Virus record (IMG/VR): IMGVR_UViG_3300047322_001237
Location: 214,989 to 278,988 of that record
Length of the DNA stretch: 64,000 nt
Direction: 5' to 3' (one strand)
Shown here one piece after another: positions 18,753-29,140 of the stretch. A program made the translations under genes and the position numbers. The notes beneath the pieces were generated by a model that was not told the DNA's origin, did not search any database, and worked only from the letters and a program-made list of their open reading frames with translations. Every line of letters starts with the position of its first letter. The stretch's first letter is position 1.

Positions 18753-21002
18753 TCAATGAGTGAGTGCTGCTTGCTGTTTTGCCAGGTTGCCGCTACGGCC
18801 TTTCCAAGACGGCGAGTAGGGTCGATAGACGAACTGGACGCCAGCGCACGCGAGGATGTGCTTGACCAACTGCAACGGACGCGAGTTGCCGTACGGGATG
18901 ACCGAACGATCAACGGCGTTGTGGATATTGGTCGGCTCGTCTGCATCGAGAATCGCGTTACAGACCATCTCGTGCGTTTGCGGATTGTTGTTGCGATCCA
19001 TGACCTCGGCCGATGCCCGCGGTCCAACGTACGATGCCAAGATCCGCTTTTCCGCCTCGCCCCATGCACGAATCGACTGTGCACGGTAGGGCAGGGCGTA
19101 CTTGTCGGCGTTGGTCACCTGAGACAGGACACCGTAGTGCTGAACCTTGCCCGACGACACGGCCGTCCAGTCGTCCGCGATCTTTTCCAGCAGGATGATG
19201 TACACGCTGCCAATCCGCACCGGGACCTTGGTCGTCACGCGTCGACCAGAGTTGCCGACGTAAGTCACGGGACCGTACGTCGACGGATAGTTGGCTTCGA
19301 GCATCCGAACGATGTCACTCGACTCGCGCGGGTTGTTCGTCGGCAGATGCAGATAGATGCCGTTGCGAATCACCTGAGCCAGGTGTTCCGCACGCGTCTT
19401 CAGATACGCACCACCTTCAAACCACGAGTGCATGACAGGTGCCACGATTTCGTAGTAACCCATCAGGTAGTTCCACGCGTGATCGAACACCGGCTTGTTG
19501 CTCGCCTCGAGTTCCTGCGCCTTCGCCAATGCCTGACGATCGTTCTCCGCGATGCCGAACCATGCACGAATCTGCTTGGCCACGTCACGCGAATGTGCGT
19601 TGATGTAGATCTCGTACTTGCGGCCGAGATTCATCCGCGACACCGTCGAGTTCGGGTCCATCACGATGTCTGCACGATTGCCATCCGCGTCGACCGGCAT
19701 GTGATCCGCGGGCACGACGTTACAGATCACGCCCTTACCACCGTGCGTGTCGGTCAGCTTGAAGCCGATCGTCGGCGTGACGTCGTACTCGATCGTGAAC
19801 TCGATGCGCCAGTCATCCAGCGGAGCCTTGCGATACAGCTTGTAGATGCGCTCCTTGGATTCCTGGACCACGGACAGGGCTTCGACCACGAGACGATGGA
19901 ACTCCGGCGTCAGACGCAGGGACTCCTTGCGCTCGCGCTCAAGGCGTCGCCATTCGTAAACGATGTCCGAGTAAAACTGACGACGCGCCCGATCGTAACG
20001 ATCAGCCTGAGCATCCATGCCGATCGGCGTCGGCGAGTTGTTCGCCTGCGTATCGTGATGAACACGGATGTCGATCACCCGGCCGCCTGCACCGTCTGCG
20101 TAGATCATCTTGTCAAAAACGTGATCGATCTCCATCAGGTCGTACGTGCCTTGCTCGACGATCGCCAACTCGCGGTCGTAGCTTTTCGGATCCTTGTCGT
20201 GCGGACGCAGTGCCATCAGCACGCCGTCTTCACGAACGAATTCACCGATGTCCGGGAACGCCTTGAAGTTGTCCTCGTCACCGTACAGATTCAGCGGGTA
20301 GGCCTTGGCGCCAAATTCGACGACACGCGTCTCGTACTTCTTGAAGCCGAATTCTTTGAGCACCTCCGCGCTGATCATGATGCCGTCCTCAGAGGTGGCC
20401 GGATGACTCATGTACGCGATGTTGCATTCACGCCCGTACTTGTAGCCGCCCGTATCCGTCACAGAGGGAGAATCCGTGAGGATCGTGTCCGCCTTCAGAT
20501 AGCTGCCCACGCGGATGTCGGAAAGCGAAGGCTTGATCGCGTTCCGGAACCCGAAGTAGCTGTGATACGACGTGTGCGTCGTGATGTTGATGCAGCCGAT
20601 CTCCTTCGTGTGCACGTTCTCGTAAATGAGCACGCTGTGCGGGTTGTCCTGGCGGCGCTTGAGCACCGTGTCCTGTCCGAACGTTTCGCGATAGCGGTCG
20701 ATCACCTTGATCACTTCGCAGTCGACCGGCACCTTCGTCGAGAAGGTGTACTTGCCGAATTCACGTTCCGTGCCGCTCTGGCAGCGGCGCTCGGTCGAGC
20801 CCTTGATCACGAGACATTGACCGACGTGCGACGAAAACATCTGTTTGCGGGCAGCCGAGTTATGGCCGTCCCACGGGTTCAACCCGCAAACGTTCATGAG
20901 CTCCGGGTCCAGCTCATTCGGTTCTTCCAGCAGAACACCCGAGCGACGAATCGCGGATGTCATGGGCTTGATGCTCGCAGTCAGACTGGCGGTGTCCATC
21001 AT
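18753..21002 (-). CDS. non-virion RNA polymerase beta subunit (phiKZ gp71-73-like)
   Basis: RpoB-like motifs SEDGIMIS, GFKLTDTHGGKGVI and DIVMDPNSTVSRMNLG. Confidence 0.92.
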   Translation of the reverse strand: MMDTASLTASIKPMTSAIRRSGVLLEEPNELDPELMNVCGLNPWDGHNSAARKQMFSSHVGQCLVIKGSTERRCQSGTEREFGKYTFSTKVPVDCEVIKVIDRYRETFGQDTVLKRRQDNPHSVLIYENVHTKEIGCINITTHTSYHSYFGFRNAIKPSLSDIRVGSYLKADTILTDSPSVTDTGGYKYGRECNIAYMSHPATSEDGIMISAEVLKEFGFKKYETRVVEFGAKAYPLNLYGDEDNFKAFPDIGEFVREDGVLMALRPHDKDPKSYDRELAIVEQGTYDLMEIDHVFDKMIYADGAGGRVIDIRVHHDTQANNSPTPIGMDAQADRYDRARRQFYSDIVYEWRRLERERKESLRLTPEFHRLVVEALSVVQESKERIYKLYRKAPLDDWRIEFTIEYDVTPTIGFKLTDTHGGKGVICNVVPADHMPVDADGNRADIVMDPNSTVSRMNLGRKYEIYINAHSRDVAKQIRAWFGIAENDRQALAKAQELEASNKPVFDHAWNYLMGYYEIVAPVMHSWFEGGAYLKTRAEHLAQVIRNGIYLHLPTNNPRESSDIVRMLEANYPSTYGPVTYVGNSGRRVTTKVPVRIGSVYIILLEKIADDWTAVSSGKVQHYGVLSQVTNADKYALPYRAQSIRAWGEAEKRILASYVGPRASAEVMDRNNNPQTHEMVCNAILDADEPTNIHNAVDRSVIPYGNSRPLQLVKHILACAGVQFVYRPYSPSWKGRSGNLAKQQAALTH

Positions 21003-21080
21003 GCGTATTCCTTGTGAAGATGCTTGAATTTGTTATCAGTGTTTTCCACTCTGATAAAGCAGCTGCGCCGCTTCAGAGTA

Positions 21081-21088
21081 GTGATATG
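21081..21088 (-). promoter_or_regulatory. putative early promoter motif CATATCAC
   Basis: 78 bp upstream of the nvRNAP beta start. Confidence 0.55.
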
Positions 21089-21121
21089 TAACCGTGATTC
21101 TTTTGAGACGGATTTCTAACA

Positions 21122-21490
21122 ATGGCCTCAACTTCCAGCACATCCAGCAACGCGATTAATGCCCTCATGTTCGATCCGGGACCGACCGTCTTTTACACAG
21201 ACGGCTTTCGCCAGGTGCTCGAAGACCACATGACGTACCTGCGCCAACATCAGTCGACGCAGCTCATGTCCGTGAGTCCTCAGGCTGCCTGGGAAAACGA
21301 TCAGGATCTGTTTGGGTTCTTGCAGGTGGTCAACTTGGCGCCGCAATACCACTGGGTGACCATGCGGATGAACAACTTCTCATCACCAGCGGAATTCGGC
21401 ACAGGCGTCACGCAACTACTTATCCCTTCAAGCGTTGTCCTCGAACAACTGCGTTCCGCCTACATGACCAGTAATGTCTTGACGGCGTAA
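21122..21490 (+). CDS. small conserved phiKZ-like protein on the opposite strand
   Basis: 122-aa ORF ending at a bidirectional terminator. Confidence 0.7.
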   Translation: MASTSSTSSNAINALMFDPGPTVFYTDGFRQVLEDHMTYLRQHQSTQLMSVSPQAAWENDQDLFGFLQVVNLAPQYHWVTMRMNNFSSPAEFGTGVTQLLIPSSVVLEQLRSAYMTSNVLTA

Positions 21491-21492
21491 TG

Positions 21493-21548
21493 CAAAAAAA
21501 GAAAGAGTCGGAGAAGAGGGCGTGAGCTCTCTTCTCCGGCTTATGCCG
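21493..21548. terminator. bidirectional terminator-like hairpin + TTATGCCG
   Basis: AGTCGGAGAAGAG...CTCTTCTCCGGCT stem with an A-run on the left, between convergent genes. Confidence 0.85.
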
Positions 21549-21559
21549 CTAGGTCTGGT

Positions 21560-23074
21560 TTAGACCAAGCGGCCACCCGCGGGCGGGTAGTAGCCACCTT
21601 GCGGCTGCTGGAACCCTTGCTGCGGATACATCGGTTGCTGCTGCGGATACATCGGCTGGCTCTGCTGATTCGCCCAACGCGATCCTTGCTGCTGCACCGG
21701 CGCTTGTTGCTGTGCCGGATAGCCACCAGTTGCGTAGACAACCGACGGGTTGGTCGCCATCACCGAGTTGAAGTCCAGCCCACGACCCGTGTGCACGAGA
21801 TGCGGCGCTTGTTGCTGCGGCGCCGGTGCGTTCGGGTAGAAACCACCCGTCACCTGCGGCTGCTGGTACACCGGCTGATGATGCTGAACGGGTTGGTGCG
21901 GTTGAACCGGCTGATGAGGACGATGGGTTGCCGACATCCACGCTTGCTGGTGCTGCTGATGCATGGCGCGTTCTGCTTCACGTGCCGCCAGGAAACCGTC
22001 GAGAGGCTGACGATTTGCCGGAGCCGTCGAGACCGGTGCTGCCGCGACAGGTGCCGGAGCTGCCACCGGAGTCGGGGCCGCCAGCACGACCGGAGCCGGT
22101 GCCACGGGCGGCGTCGGTTGCGGATACGACGAGGGCAATGCAGTTGCAGCAGGTTGGGTCGCGACCGGCGGTTCACCGGACGAGCCTTCGTTGCCAGCCT
22201 GCATCGGAACCTTGCGGATTTCCGACAGCATGACGCCGAGGTTGTCGAAGGTGCGTTCCCATTCGCAGTCGATCACGAGATCGGACGCCGGATTCGTCTC
22301 GTCGCCGAGCTGGTTCTCGAACGTGCTGGTCAGATCGTTGAGCGGTGCGATCACGGCAAGCGATGCCTGCATCAATGCATCCAGATTCGGCGCGACGTCG
22401 GAGTCGGAACCGCGGTGATACGACCCCTCCACGTCGATCTGAGGGAACATGAATTCCATCAGCGAGATCAACGTTTCCTTGTCCTTCACGCGGCACTTGA
22501 TGCCGTAGATGTCGTTGCCATCTTTCTTCAGTTCCTGATACAGCGGGAACGTCACGACACCGACGCGCTTGTGGCGTTTTCCGCCGACCGATCCGGTCTT
22601 CTTCAGAAAGATCGTGATGATGCGGCGCGCGGTCTGATCCGATGGCATTGCAGCCAGCACCTTCTTGAACAGATCGTAGGTCTTGTCATCGGCGTTTTTC
22701 ACCTTCGACAGGAACTCAGACTGGTCCGGCGCGAGCTGTGCATGCAGGTCGGTCGAGATCGCGATCGAGATCAGCTGCAGCATCAGTTCGGCTGCGACTA
22801 GGTTGAAGCGCACCATCAGGACCGAGCGGAACTTCTCCAGCACTTCCGATTCGCCGCGCGTGATCGATTCCGCGAGTGGATGGAACAGCACGATCTGGCT
22901 CTTGTCCGGATTCGCGAGATGCTCAGGCGTCGGCAGTGCGAGTCGCTTGCCCTTGATCAGCACCGGCATCGTCTGCTTCATGAGCTTTCCGGAAACCAGG
23001 TTGTCGCTCGTGACGACTAGGTTCGCGGTCTTCATGAGCGACTTATACAGCTCGATCAGATTGGGAGTTGTCAT
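21560..23074 (-). CDS. conserved core protein (phiKZ gp70-like) with Pro/Gln-rich low-complexity C-terminus
   Basis: KRLALPT and FHPLAESITRGESEVL segments; position between the PicA-like and beta genes. Confidence 0.7.
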   Translation of the reverse strand: MTTPNLIELYKSLMKTANLVVTSDNLVSGKLMKQTMPVLIKGKRLALPTPEHLANPDKSQIVLFHPLAESITRGESEVLEKFRSVLMVRFNLVAAELMLQLISIAISTDLHAQLAPDQSEFLSKVKNADDKTYDLFKKVLAAMPSDQTARRIITIFLKKTGSVGGKRHKRVGVVTFPLYQELKKDGNDIYGIKCRVKDKETLISLMEFMFPQIDVEGSYHRGSDSDVAPNLDALMQASLAVIAPLNDLTSTFENQLGDETNPASDLVIDCEWERTFDNLGVMLSEIRKVPMQAGNEGSSGEPPVATQPAATALPSSYPQPTPPVAPAPVVLAAPTPVAAPAPVAAAPVSTAPANRQPLDGFLAAREAERAMHQQHQQAWMSATHRPHQPVQPHQPVQHHQPVYQQPQVTGGFYPNAPAPQQQAPHLVHTGRGLDFNSVMATNPSVVYATGGYPAQQQAPVQQQGSRWANQQSQPMYPQQQPMYPQQGFQQPQGGYYPPAGGRLV

Positions 23075-23110
23075 GTTTTCTTCGGGACTCGCTTCCGAGT
23101 CCGCTCCTTG

Positions 23111-24619
23111 TTAGATGAGACCGAACTGCGGCGTGGCAAGTCCTTCCGGGGTGCCGGGCATGCCCGTGTGGTCGTTCAGGTGATGGAACACCTGCTCGAA
23201 GTCGCGCGAGAGTTGCATGTTCAGGTTCTCGTTGTTCGTGATAACGGGCACCATCAAGGCGTCCGCGAAGCTCGGTGTCACGTACGTGATCAGCGGACCG
23301 CCATCGAGCGAGATCTGCATCCACGTTTCGCCCAAGAGGTCAGCGCGCATTTCGATATAGAAGTCGACCGCGTTCTTGAACGAGATGTCGTTCAGGACCA
23401 TGTGCTCGAGCTTCACGATGAAATGCTGCAAGTACGGACCAAGGTCGTTCGAGCTGAAGCCTTCGGCGTTGGCGATCGCCGTGCTGACCGGCGAAGTGGA
23501 ATCGAGCGACAGACCCGGATGCATCGCACCCGACAGAACCCGGCGGTTCGTCGTCGTGAACGCCAGCTGCGTCAGCGTGAGTTCCATCATCAGAGCCGGA
23601 ACCGACTGGCTGAGAATGGTCGCCACTTGCGTAAGACGATCGGAACCGCCCCAGTCTTGCGACATGCCCGAGCCTGCGCTGTGCACATCGCCCATCGTCG
23701 GTGCCGCGTGATTCGTTTGGCCGAGTGCCGCCACAACCGTGACATGGTCGACGTTCGGATCGAAGCGCTGCAGATCGTGCCATGTGAAGAAGTTCGAGAC
23801 GACGCCGTCGCGGAACTTGGTCATCGCCGAGAAGAACGAGTTGTATCCGATCGGCTGCTCCTGCGCGTAACCGCGCGCCGTTTCCAGCACATCGGTTTCC
23901 TGTTGCACACCGAACGCGTTGTCAACCGTCGCCTTCTTGTAGTTGTCGAGCAGATTCGCTGCGTAATCCGCAGCAAGGTTGTTACCCCGCCGCGATGCAA
24001 CCGGCGTCTGCGACAACACCGTGCGGCAATCGACCACATCGCCGAGGCCCTGCAGATGGCTCAGCTGCATCGTCGAGTACACATCTTCCGGACGCATGCG
24101 GTGAGTCCGGTTCGGCGTGTAAGCGTCGATGAATGCGGGGTCGACGAGCACGTGCGCGTTTTCCGCGACGTTCGTGTAGGCCTGGTTGCCGAATGGCGTG
24201 TGTTCGACCGTGGTTCGAACGGTCACGATCGAGTTCACGAAGAATTCCATCTTCGGGTCGATGTAGTTCGAGTGGAAGATGACGCCGGGATAGTTCGTGT
24301 AGCCCAGGACGATGCTCGTGGACGTGCCACCCGCCATGTATTTGGTTTCCACTTCCATCATGAAGCGCATGCGACGCTCGTTCCAGCCATTCACGATGCC
24401 GGCCGCCTGTTCCGCGGTGGCCGACGGCGCGATCAGCTGATTCGCCACACCTGCCAACAAAGACGGCGTGTACTTCTGCGTGCCGTGCAGCGCATCGGCG
24501 AGATGGTTGAGCGTCGGACCTTGGACGTTCGTTTCGTAGGGACGGCGATACTGCGTGTTGTAGGTGCCAGTTTCCATCAGGAACAGGCGCTTGACCTGCA
24601 TGCGGGCGGCTTGATTCAT
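23111..24619 (-). CDS. picA: phage-nucleus import factor PicA/Imp1-like (phiKZ gp69-like)
   Basis: About 502 aa with N-terminal LMETGTYNTQYRRPY; immediately downstream of the gp68-like gene. Assignment rests mainly on synteny. Confidence 0.7.
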   Translation of the reverse strand: MNQAARMQVKRLFLMETGTYNTQYRRPYETNVQGPTLNHLADALHGTQKYTPSLLAGVANQLIAPSATAEQAAGIVNGWNERRMRFMMEVETKYMAGGTSTSIVLGYTNYPGVIFHSNYIDPKMEFFVNSIVTVRTTVEHTPFGNQAYTNVAENAHVLVDPAFIDAYTPNRTHRMRPEDVYSTMQLSHLQGLGDVVDCRTVLSQTPVASRRGNNLAADYAANLLDNYKKATVDNAFGVQQETDVLETARGYAQEQPIGYNSFFSAMTKFRDGVVSNFFTWHDLQRFDPNVDHVTVVAALGQTNHAAPTMGDVHSAGSGMSQDWGGSDRLTQVATILSQSVPALMMELTLTQLAFTTTNRRVLSGAMHPGLSLDSTSPVSTAIANAEGFSSNDLGPYLQHFIVKLEHMVLNDISFKNAVDFYIEMRADLLGETWMQISLDGGPLITYVTPSFADALMVPVITNNENLNMQLSRDFEQVFHHLNDHTGMPGTPEGLATPQFGLI

Positions 24620-24621
24620 TA

Positions 24622-26184
24622 TTAGAAGCTCCTTGATGCCAGCGCAATGGAGAGTTGCGCCAGTTTGATTTTGATGTTGCCGGGCACGGCGTAGTAGCGG
24701 TCGTGCTGATTCCCAGTGAGTTGTCCAACCCACTCGGCGGGCAGCGTGAGACGCCAGTCGTGCTCGCTTAACTGCTTAGAAATGAGATCGATCGCAACTT
24801 CGGCCGAGGTCGGGAGTCGCGGAGCTTTCTGCTTACCGGGTTGACGACGGGGATGCTTGTACAGCGCTGAGAGCTGGTCGATCATCGGCGCGGGGATCTT
24901 CGCCTTCGAATCGCTACTCGTCAGGTGCATTACGTCCTCGTTCGATCGTGCGATTGCACTCACGAGGCCGGCGAGCTCGGGATAGCCCTTGTGCCAATAA
25001 ATGGCTTGCGCAGCTGCGATGGCCTGAAGCTTGGAAGAGATCTTCAGGTGATGGATACCACGCGGCTGCAACTGCCGATGACTCTTCAGCGCAAACATCA
25101 CGAGAAGCGTCTGCGGCTTGTAATGGATCTCGTTCTCGAGCGCCTTCACGGTCTCGAAGGACATGTCCAGAAATTCCGAGGGCATGTCCGGCGCGATCTG
25201 CTGCGCAATGTGACGCATGTCGCGCGCGTACATCCGGATAGGCGCGATCTTGCCTTCCGCAACGGGCAGCTTGACCTTGCAGCTTTCGAGCTTGGACTGC
25301 TGGTTCTCGGTGTCCTGGTTCTGACCCTCGACTTTCTTTTCCTTCACGATTCCGCTGAAACCGCTATCGGAACCGCCGCGCGTCTTGTACTTGATGAAGT
25401 TGAAGATGCGGCTCACCAAGTGCGAGTTCGGATCGACACCGCGCACGTCGCCAAAGGCGAGCTTGCGAACAAGCACCTGACCCATGATCAACGCAGGAAA
25501 GTCTTCGACGCTGATGCCCTTGAAAATGTGCGCGCTATTGGCGACGTCCATCTTCTTCGGGTCACTCGGAATCATCGATTCCACGTACGTGCGCAGTCGC
25601 TCCATGTGCACCGATTGCGCCATGCGAGTTTGCGACAGCAGCTGATACGCGTGGAACTCTTTCCAATTGGTGCCGCATTCTTCCTTCACCTGCGCGATGA
25701 ACTCGCCCCAGATCGGGAAAATGACGCGCAATGCGACGGAGATCGCGATGAGCCAACCATAATCTTCGCGCAGATACGTTCCTTCACGCGTGCCCGGCAT
25801 CTCGTGCATGACGAAATGCTCCTTGAGGTCTGCCGGGTAGTAGATGTTCGCGTGAAAGTCGATCCAGTGCTTGATGTCTTCGAGCTCATGCAGCTGGTAA
25901 AGCTTGGCCACCAATTCGTACAGAAAGAGGGTCAGTTGGTTCGTGTCGTAGTACATCCCGAACACGTCCTTGACCTGACGGAAGATCGAGAAAATTTCGT
26001 TCTGCCGCTCCATCGGCAGATGTTTCCAGAACGCGTTGATCTGCTCGAAGATGTCGTATTCGAGGTCCTTAATTATGCCTTTGAACTCGGAGATATTCCA
26101 TTCAATACTCTGCCCCTGATGCGAAAGCGTCACTTCGGTACGACTGTTGTCAACCAGCCCGATTTTGCTGATCTGCAGTTCCAA
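24622..26184 (-). CDS. non-virion RNAP specificity subunit (phiKZ gp68-like)
   Basis: About 520 aa at the gp68 position. Probable TTG start 7 nt after AAGGAG (the ORF track start is 26205). Confidence 0.72.
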   Translation of the reverse strand: MELQISKIGLVDNSRTEVTLSHQGQSIEWNISEFKGIIKDLEYDIFEQINAFWKHLPMERQNEIFSIFRQVKDVFGMYYDTNQLTLFLYELVAKLYQLHELEDIKHWIDFHANIYYPADLKEHFVMHEMPGTREGTYLREDYGWLIAISVALRVIFPIWGEFIAQVKEECGTNWKEFHAYQLLSQTRMAQSVHMERLRTYVESMIPSDPKKMDVANSAHIFKGISVEDFPALIMGQVLVRKLAFGDVRGVDPNSHLVSRIFNFIKYKTRGGSDSGFSGIVKEKKVEGQNQDTENQQSKLESCKVKLPVAEGKIAPIRMYARDMRHIAQQIAPDMPSEFLDMSFETVKALENEIHYKPQTLLVMFALKSHRQLQPRGIHHLKISSKLQAIAAAQAIYWHKGYPELAGLVSAIARSNEDVMHLTSSDSKAKIPAPMIDQLSALYKHPRRQPGKQKAPRLPTSAEVAIDLISKQLSEHDWRLTLPAEWVGQLTGNQHDRYYAVPGNIKIKLAQLSIALASRSF

Positions 26185-26225
26185 AACTGATCTCCTTAGG
26201 AACATTAACTACGGAACTTCAGGGA

Positions 26226-26239
26226 GGTGATATATCACC
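26226..26239. promoter_or_regulatory. perfect 14-bp palindrome GGTGATATATCACC (early promoter motif / possible operator)
   Basis: Self-complementary; lies about 40 bp upstream of the gp68-like start. Confidence 0.6.
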
Positions 26240-26338
26240 GAAGCTAGTTTCAATGCGATCTGGGGTCAAAGAACCGGTCAAGCCCCACAGCCTGACCGGT
26301 TCCTCAACTAACTCAGCATTTCAACTGCCTTAACCTGC

Positions 26339-27067
26339 TTACCAGGGGATGTCGTCCGACACTTCTTCGGTCGAACCGCCGCCACCGCCGCCACCGTAGC
26401 TGTTGCCACGATTGCCGCCGCCGCCACCGTTGTTACGGTTGTAGCCACCACCGCCACCGTTGCGGTTACCGCCGCCGTTGTCCTTCTTCTCCGGCTCGAC
26501 GTACTCGGTCACGAGGAGGTGCGCCAACATGTTTTCCATGAGGCGGACCCAACCACGTGCGAAGAGCGCCGACTGCTCGCCGTTGCTGTACTGCTCGCCG
26601 GTCTTGTGGAAGAGCGTGTGGAAGTCACTCTTACCGAACGGGAACTTGATGCGGGGCCGATCACGTGCGGTTACCGAAACCCACACGACGCCTTCCGCAT
26701 CCTTGCCGAAGTGCAGTTCCGACTGCACGACCGGCGATTCGCTGCGCTTGCCGCCCGGGAAGATGAAGTTCTTGTTCTCGATCTTCACCTTGTCTTCCTG
26801 ACCTGCCGGGCCGTCGATGATCTTCGCCAGCGCGCCGAGGAAAACCATGAACACTTGCGCGTCGAGGTTCGCGGTGATCTTGCCGTACTGCTTCGACTCG
26901 CCCTGATCGTCCGGGTCGTTCGTGTAAACCGTAATGCGGGGATTGTTCGAGAAGAGGTTGACTTGCAGGCTCGAGTACTTGCCCTTAGCCGTGGGGCAGG
27001 GAGTCGACAGATGCAGCTTGCGGTTGTCGAATGCAATCTTCTTTCGTTCTTTGCGGAAGTCGCTCAT
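26339..27067 (-). CDS. ChmC-like nucleic-acid-binding protein
   Basis: About 242 aa directly upstream of the gp68-like gene. Folded N-domain, then a Gly/Asn-rich tail ending EEVSDDIPW (SSB-like acidic tip). Confidence 0.68.
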   Translation of the reverse strand: MSDFRKERKKIAFDNRKLHLSTPCPTAKGKYSSLQVNLFSNNPRITVYTNDPDDQGESKQYGKITANLDAQVFMVFLGALAKIIDGPAGQEDKVKIENKNFIFPGGKRSESPVVQSELHFGKDAEGVVWVSVTARDRPRIKFPFGKSDFHTLFHKTGEQYSNGEQSALFARGWVRLMENMLAHLLVTEYVEPEKKDNGGGNRNGGGGGYNRNNGGGGGNRGNSYGGGGGGGSTEEVSDDIPW

Positions 27068-27153
27068 TTTCTTTGTAATCCGATGTTCTGTGGGGTGACA
27101 AACGATACCCACGATGAATAAAAAATCCCCAGTCGAATCGTGTTTCCCCGCAC

Positions 27154-28017
27154 CTATTGACTGGTTACGATGCTCTTCAAGATTTCCCGCGTGAAGGGAT
27201 CCTGGATGAATTCGAGTCCCAAGCGCACCTTGTCGGTGGTGGTAACGCTCGTCCAGTGAAAACGGTTGGCGATCTCGATAACCTCCTTTCGAACTTTGAT
27301 CGGCATCGGGACGAACGTCTCGTTATCGCCGAAGACCTGCATGAGGTCCTCGCGAAACGGCAGCATGACCAGGTCACGCCCGTTGGCGTACTTCGTGTAC
27401 CAGAGCGCTTTGTCCTTGAGTCGTCCCGTGTGCGATTCCAGCAGCGTGACGCTGCGAAAGTATTTGGCCGAGAGCAGGTCGTACGCGACGTGCGTCAACA
27501 ACAGAATCTTCGGCGTGACTTCCTGAGGCGGGTTGAGCAGGCGATCGAAAGTCAAGATCGGCAGAGGCCGCGTCTTGTTTTCAGCCAGCATGAGCGCGAG
27601 CGTCTTCTTCAGAATGGCCGTGTACTCCATCTGCTTAGGCGTGTTGTCCTTGCGCAGGGTGGCATAGCGATAGCGCGTGACGAGATTCGTCATGTTGTTC
27701 ACGTAGAACACGACCTTGCAGCGACCGCTGCTGCTCTCGGCGACGATCTGGCTGATCTGCTCCATCTCGTCGTCGAGGTTTGCTGCGATCTCTTCCGGTA
27801 CCACGCTTCCAGCCGTGACCTTGTCCAGCGCACCAAGAAAGTTGCGGAACAAGGTCTTCACGTTGACCCACAGCTCCTCGTACTTCAGGATGGGCGGAGA
27901 GTCGACGGGGATTTCCGGGTGAATTCCGTTGGCGCTCTCGATCGCCAGCGACGTGGCGACGGAGAGGGGGTACTGACCCACGGCACGCTCGGCAATGCCA
28001 GCATTCATCAGCTGCAT
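27154..28017 (-). CDS. conserved phiKZ-like protein, possible nuclease/PIN-like fold
   Basis: 287 aa between the SbcD-like and ChmC-like genes. The fold guess is unverified. Confidence 0.55.
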   Translation of the reverse strand: MQLMNAGIAERAVGQYPLSVATSLAIESANGIHPEIPVDSPPILKYEELWVNVKTLFRNFLGALDKVTAGSVVPEEIAANLDDEMEQISQIVAESSSGRCKVVFYVNNMTNLVTRYRYATLRKDNTPKQMEYTAILKKTLALMLAENKTRPLPILTFDRLLNPPQEVTPKILLLTHVAYDLLSAKYFRSVTLLESHTGRLKDKALWYTKYANGRDLVMLPFREDLMQVFGDNETFVPMPIKVRKEVIEIANRFHWTSVTTTDKVRLGLEFIQDPFTREILKSIVTSQ

Positions 28018-28021
28018 TACA

Positions 28022-29140
28022 TCACCTCACTTCGTTGATTTTCTGTTGTGCAATGGCGATCATGTCCGCCGAGACACCCATGGCCTGCAGGCGCTCGGAG
28101 AGCAGTTCGACAATGTTTTCGCGTGTGATCGTGATAGGCACGAACTCCACCGTTCCTTCTTCCAGCGCGGGCGCCTCCACTTCATCCGCGTCCTTCGGGT
28201 TCTTGCTCCAGACGAACTGGGGATAGATCCGCATCAACGCATCCATATCTGCAAACAGCGGATGGTCGTAGTTCGCCTCCAGGCGGACCGCCGAGTTATC
28301 GGGCAAATGCTTCACACGACGCTCGATCTCAAGCAGCGAGTCCTCGACCGACATGTGCATGCAGTACACCGTGATGAACTTGCGCGCGCCCGTGTTCTCG
28401 ACGAAAACGACATCGCGATCGCCGTTCGGACGAAACGTTGCGCGGAAGTGACCCTTCGGTTCTTCTTCGCCGTGGCCGAGACGATCGAAGGAGCCTTGGG
28501 CGTAGATCCACTTGTAGGTCGACTGGATATGAACGTGTCCGATGAAAACGCCCATGCGCGTGATCCGGAGATACGCTTCCGAGTCATGCTTCTGTGCTTT
28601 CACGTGGGGCGGGAGCTGATACTCGAATTGCCCGTGCATGAACATCAGATCTACCTGTTCGAGTCCTTTCGCTCGGAGCAGGTCGTAGATTTGGCTAAGA
28701 GTTTGGTCTGTTGTCGGCGCACTCTCATCGGGTACGAACCCAACCCAGATGTCCAGGGAGGGTTCGTACTCGACGGAAATGTCTTTAACATATTTGAGAT
28801 TAGCGCCAATGCCTGCGATCTCATTGATAGAGACGAACCGCTCCGACTGTCGCCAATCGTGACTCGGCGTCCCCTCGAGGACGTAGAGCACGATGTCGTG
28901 CTTTTTGCACAGGCGCAGCAGGTGAGCGATCCAGAAATCGATCTCTACCAAATCTTCGTCATTCAACGACAACAACGTATCGAACACGTCGCCCACGAGG
29001 CAGATCATGTCGAGTTCGGCCGTCTCCGCGTTATCCGGGAAGGCGGCCTTCAGGTTCTTGATGATGTCACGCGTCGGTGTGCGCTTTGCACCCAGATGGA
29101 TGTCGCTCACCGTCGCGATCTTGAGGTCAGAAGTCCTCAT
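28022..29140 (-). CDS. SbcD/Mre11-like metallophosphoesterase nuclease
   Basis: SDIHLG, GDVFD, GTPSHD, MHG and GHVH calcineurin-like motifs. Confidence 0.9.
   Translation of the reverse strand: MRTSDLKIATVSDIHLGAKRTPTRDIIKNLKAAFPDNAETAELDMICLVGDVFDTLLSLNDEDLVEIDFWIAHLLRLCKKHDIVLYVLEGTPSHDWRQSERFVSINEIAGIGANLKYVKDISVEYEPSLDIWVGFVPDESAPTTDQTLSQIYDLLRAKGLEQVDLMFMHGQFEYQLPPHVKAQKHDSEAYLRITRMGVFIGHVHIQSTYKWIYAQGSFDRLGHGEEEPKGHFRATFRPNGDRDVVFVENTGARKFITVYCMHMSVEDSLLEIERRVKHLPDNSAVRLEANYDHPLFADMDALMRIYPQFVWSKNPKDADEVEAPALEEGTVEFVPITITRENIVELLSERLQAMGVSADMIAIAQQKINEVR

Noticed and set aside
16674-21017. Long + strand ORFs (16674-18569, 18702-21017) and similar ones (33573-35525, 41003-42598, 58834-60594)
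   Set aside because: Antisense shadows of strongly codon-biased, GC-rich minus-strand genes; the translations are R/H/V/D-rich with no motifs or RBS.
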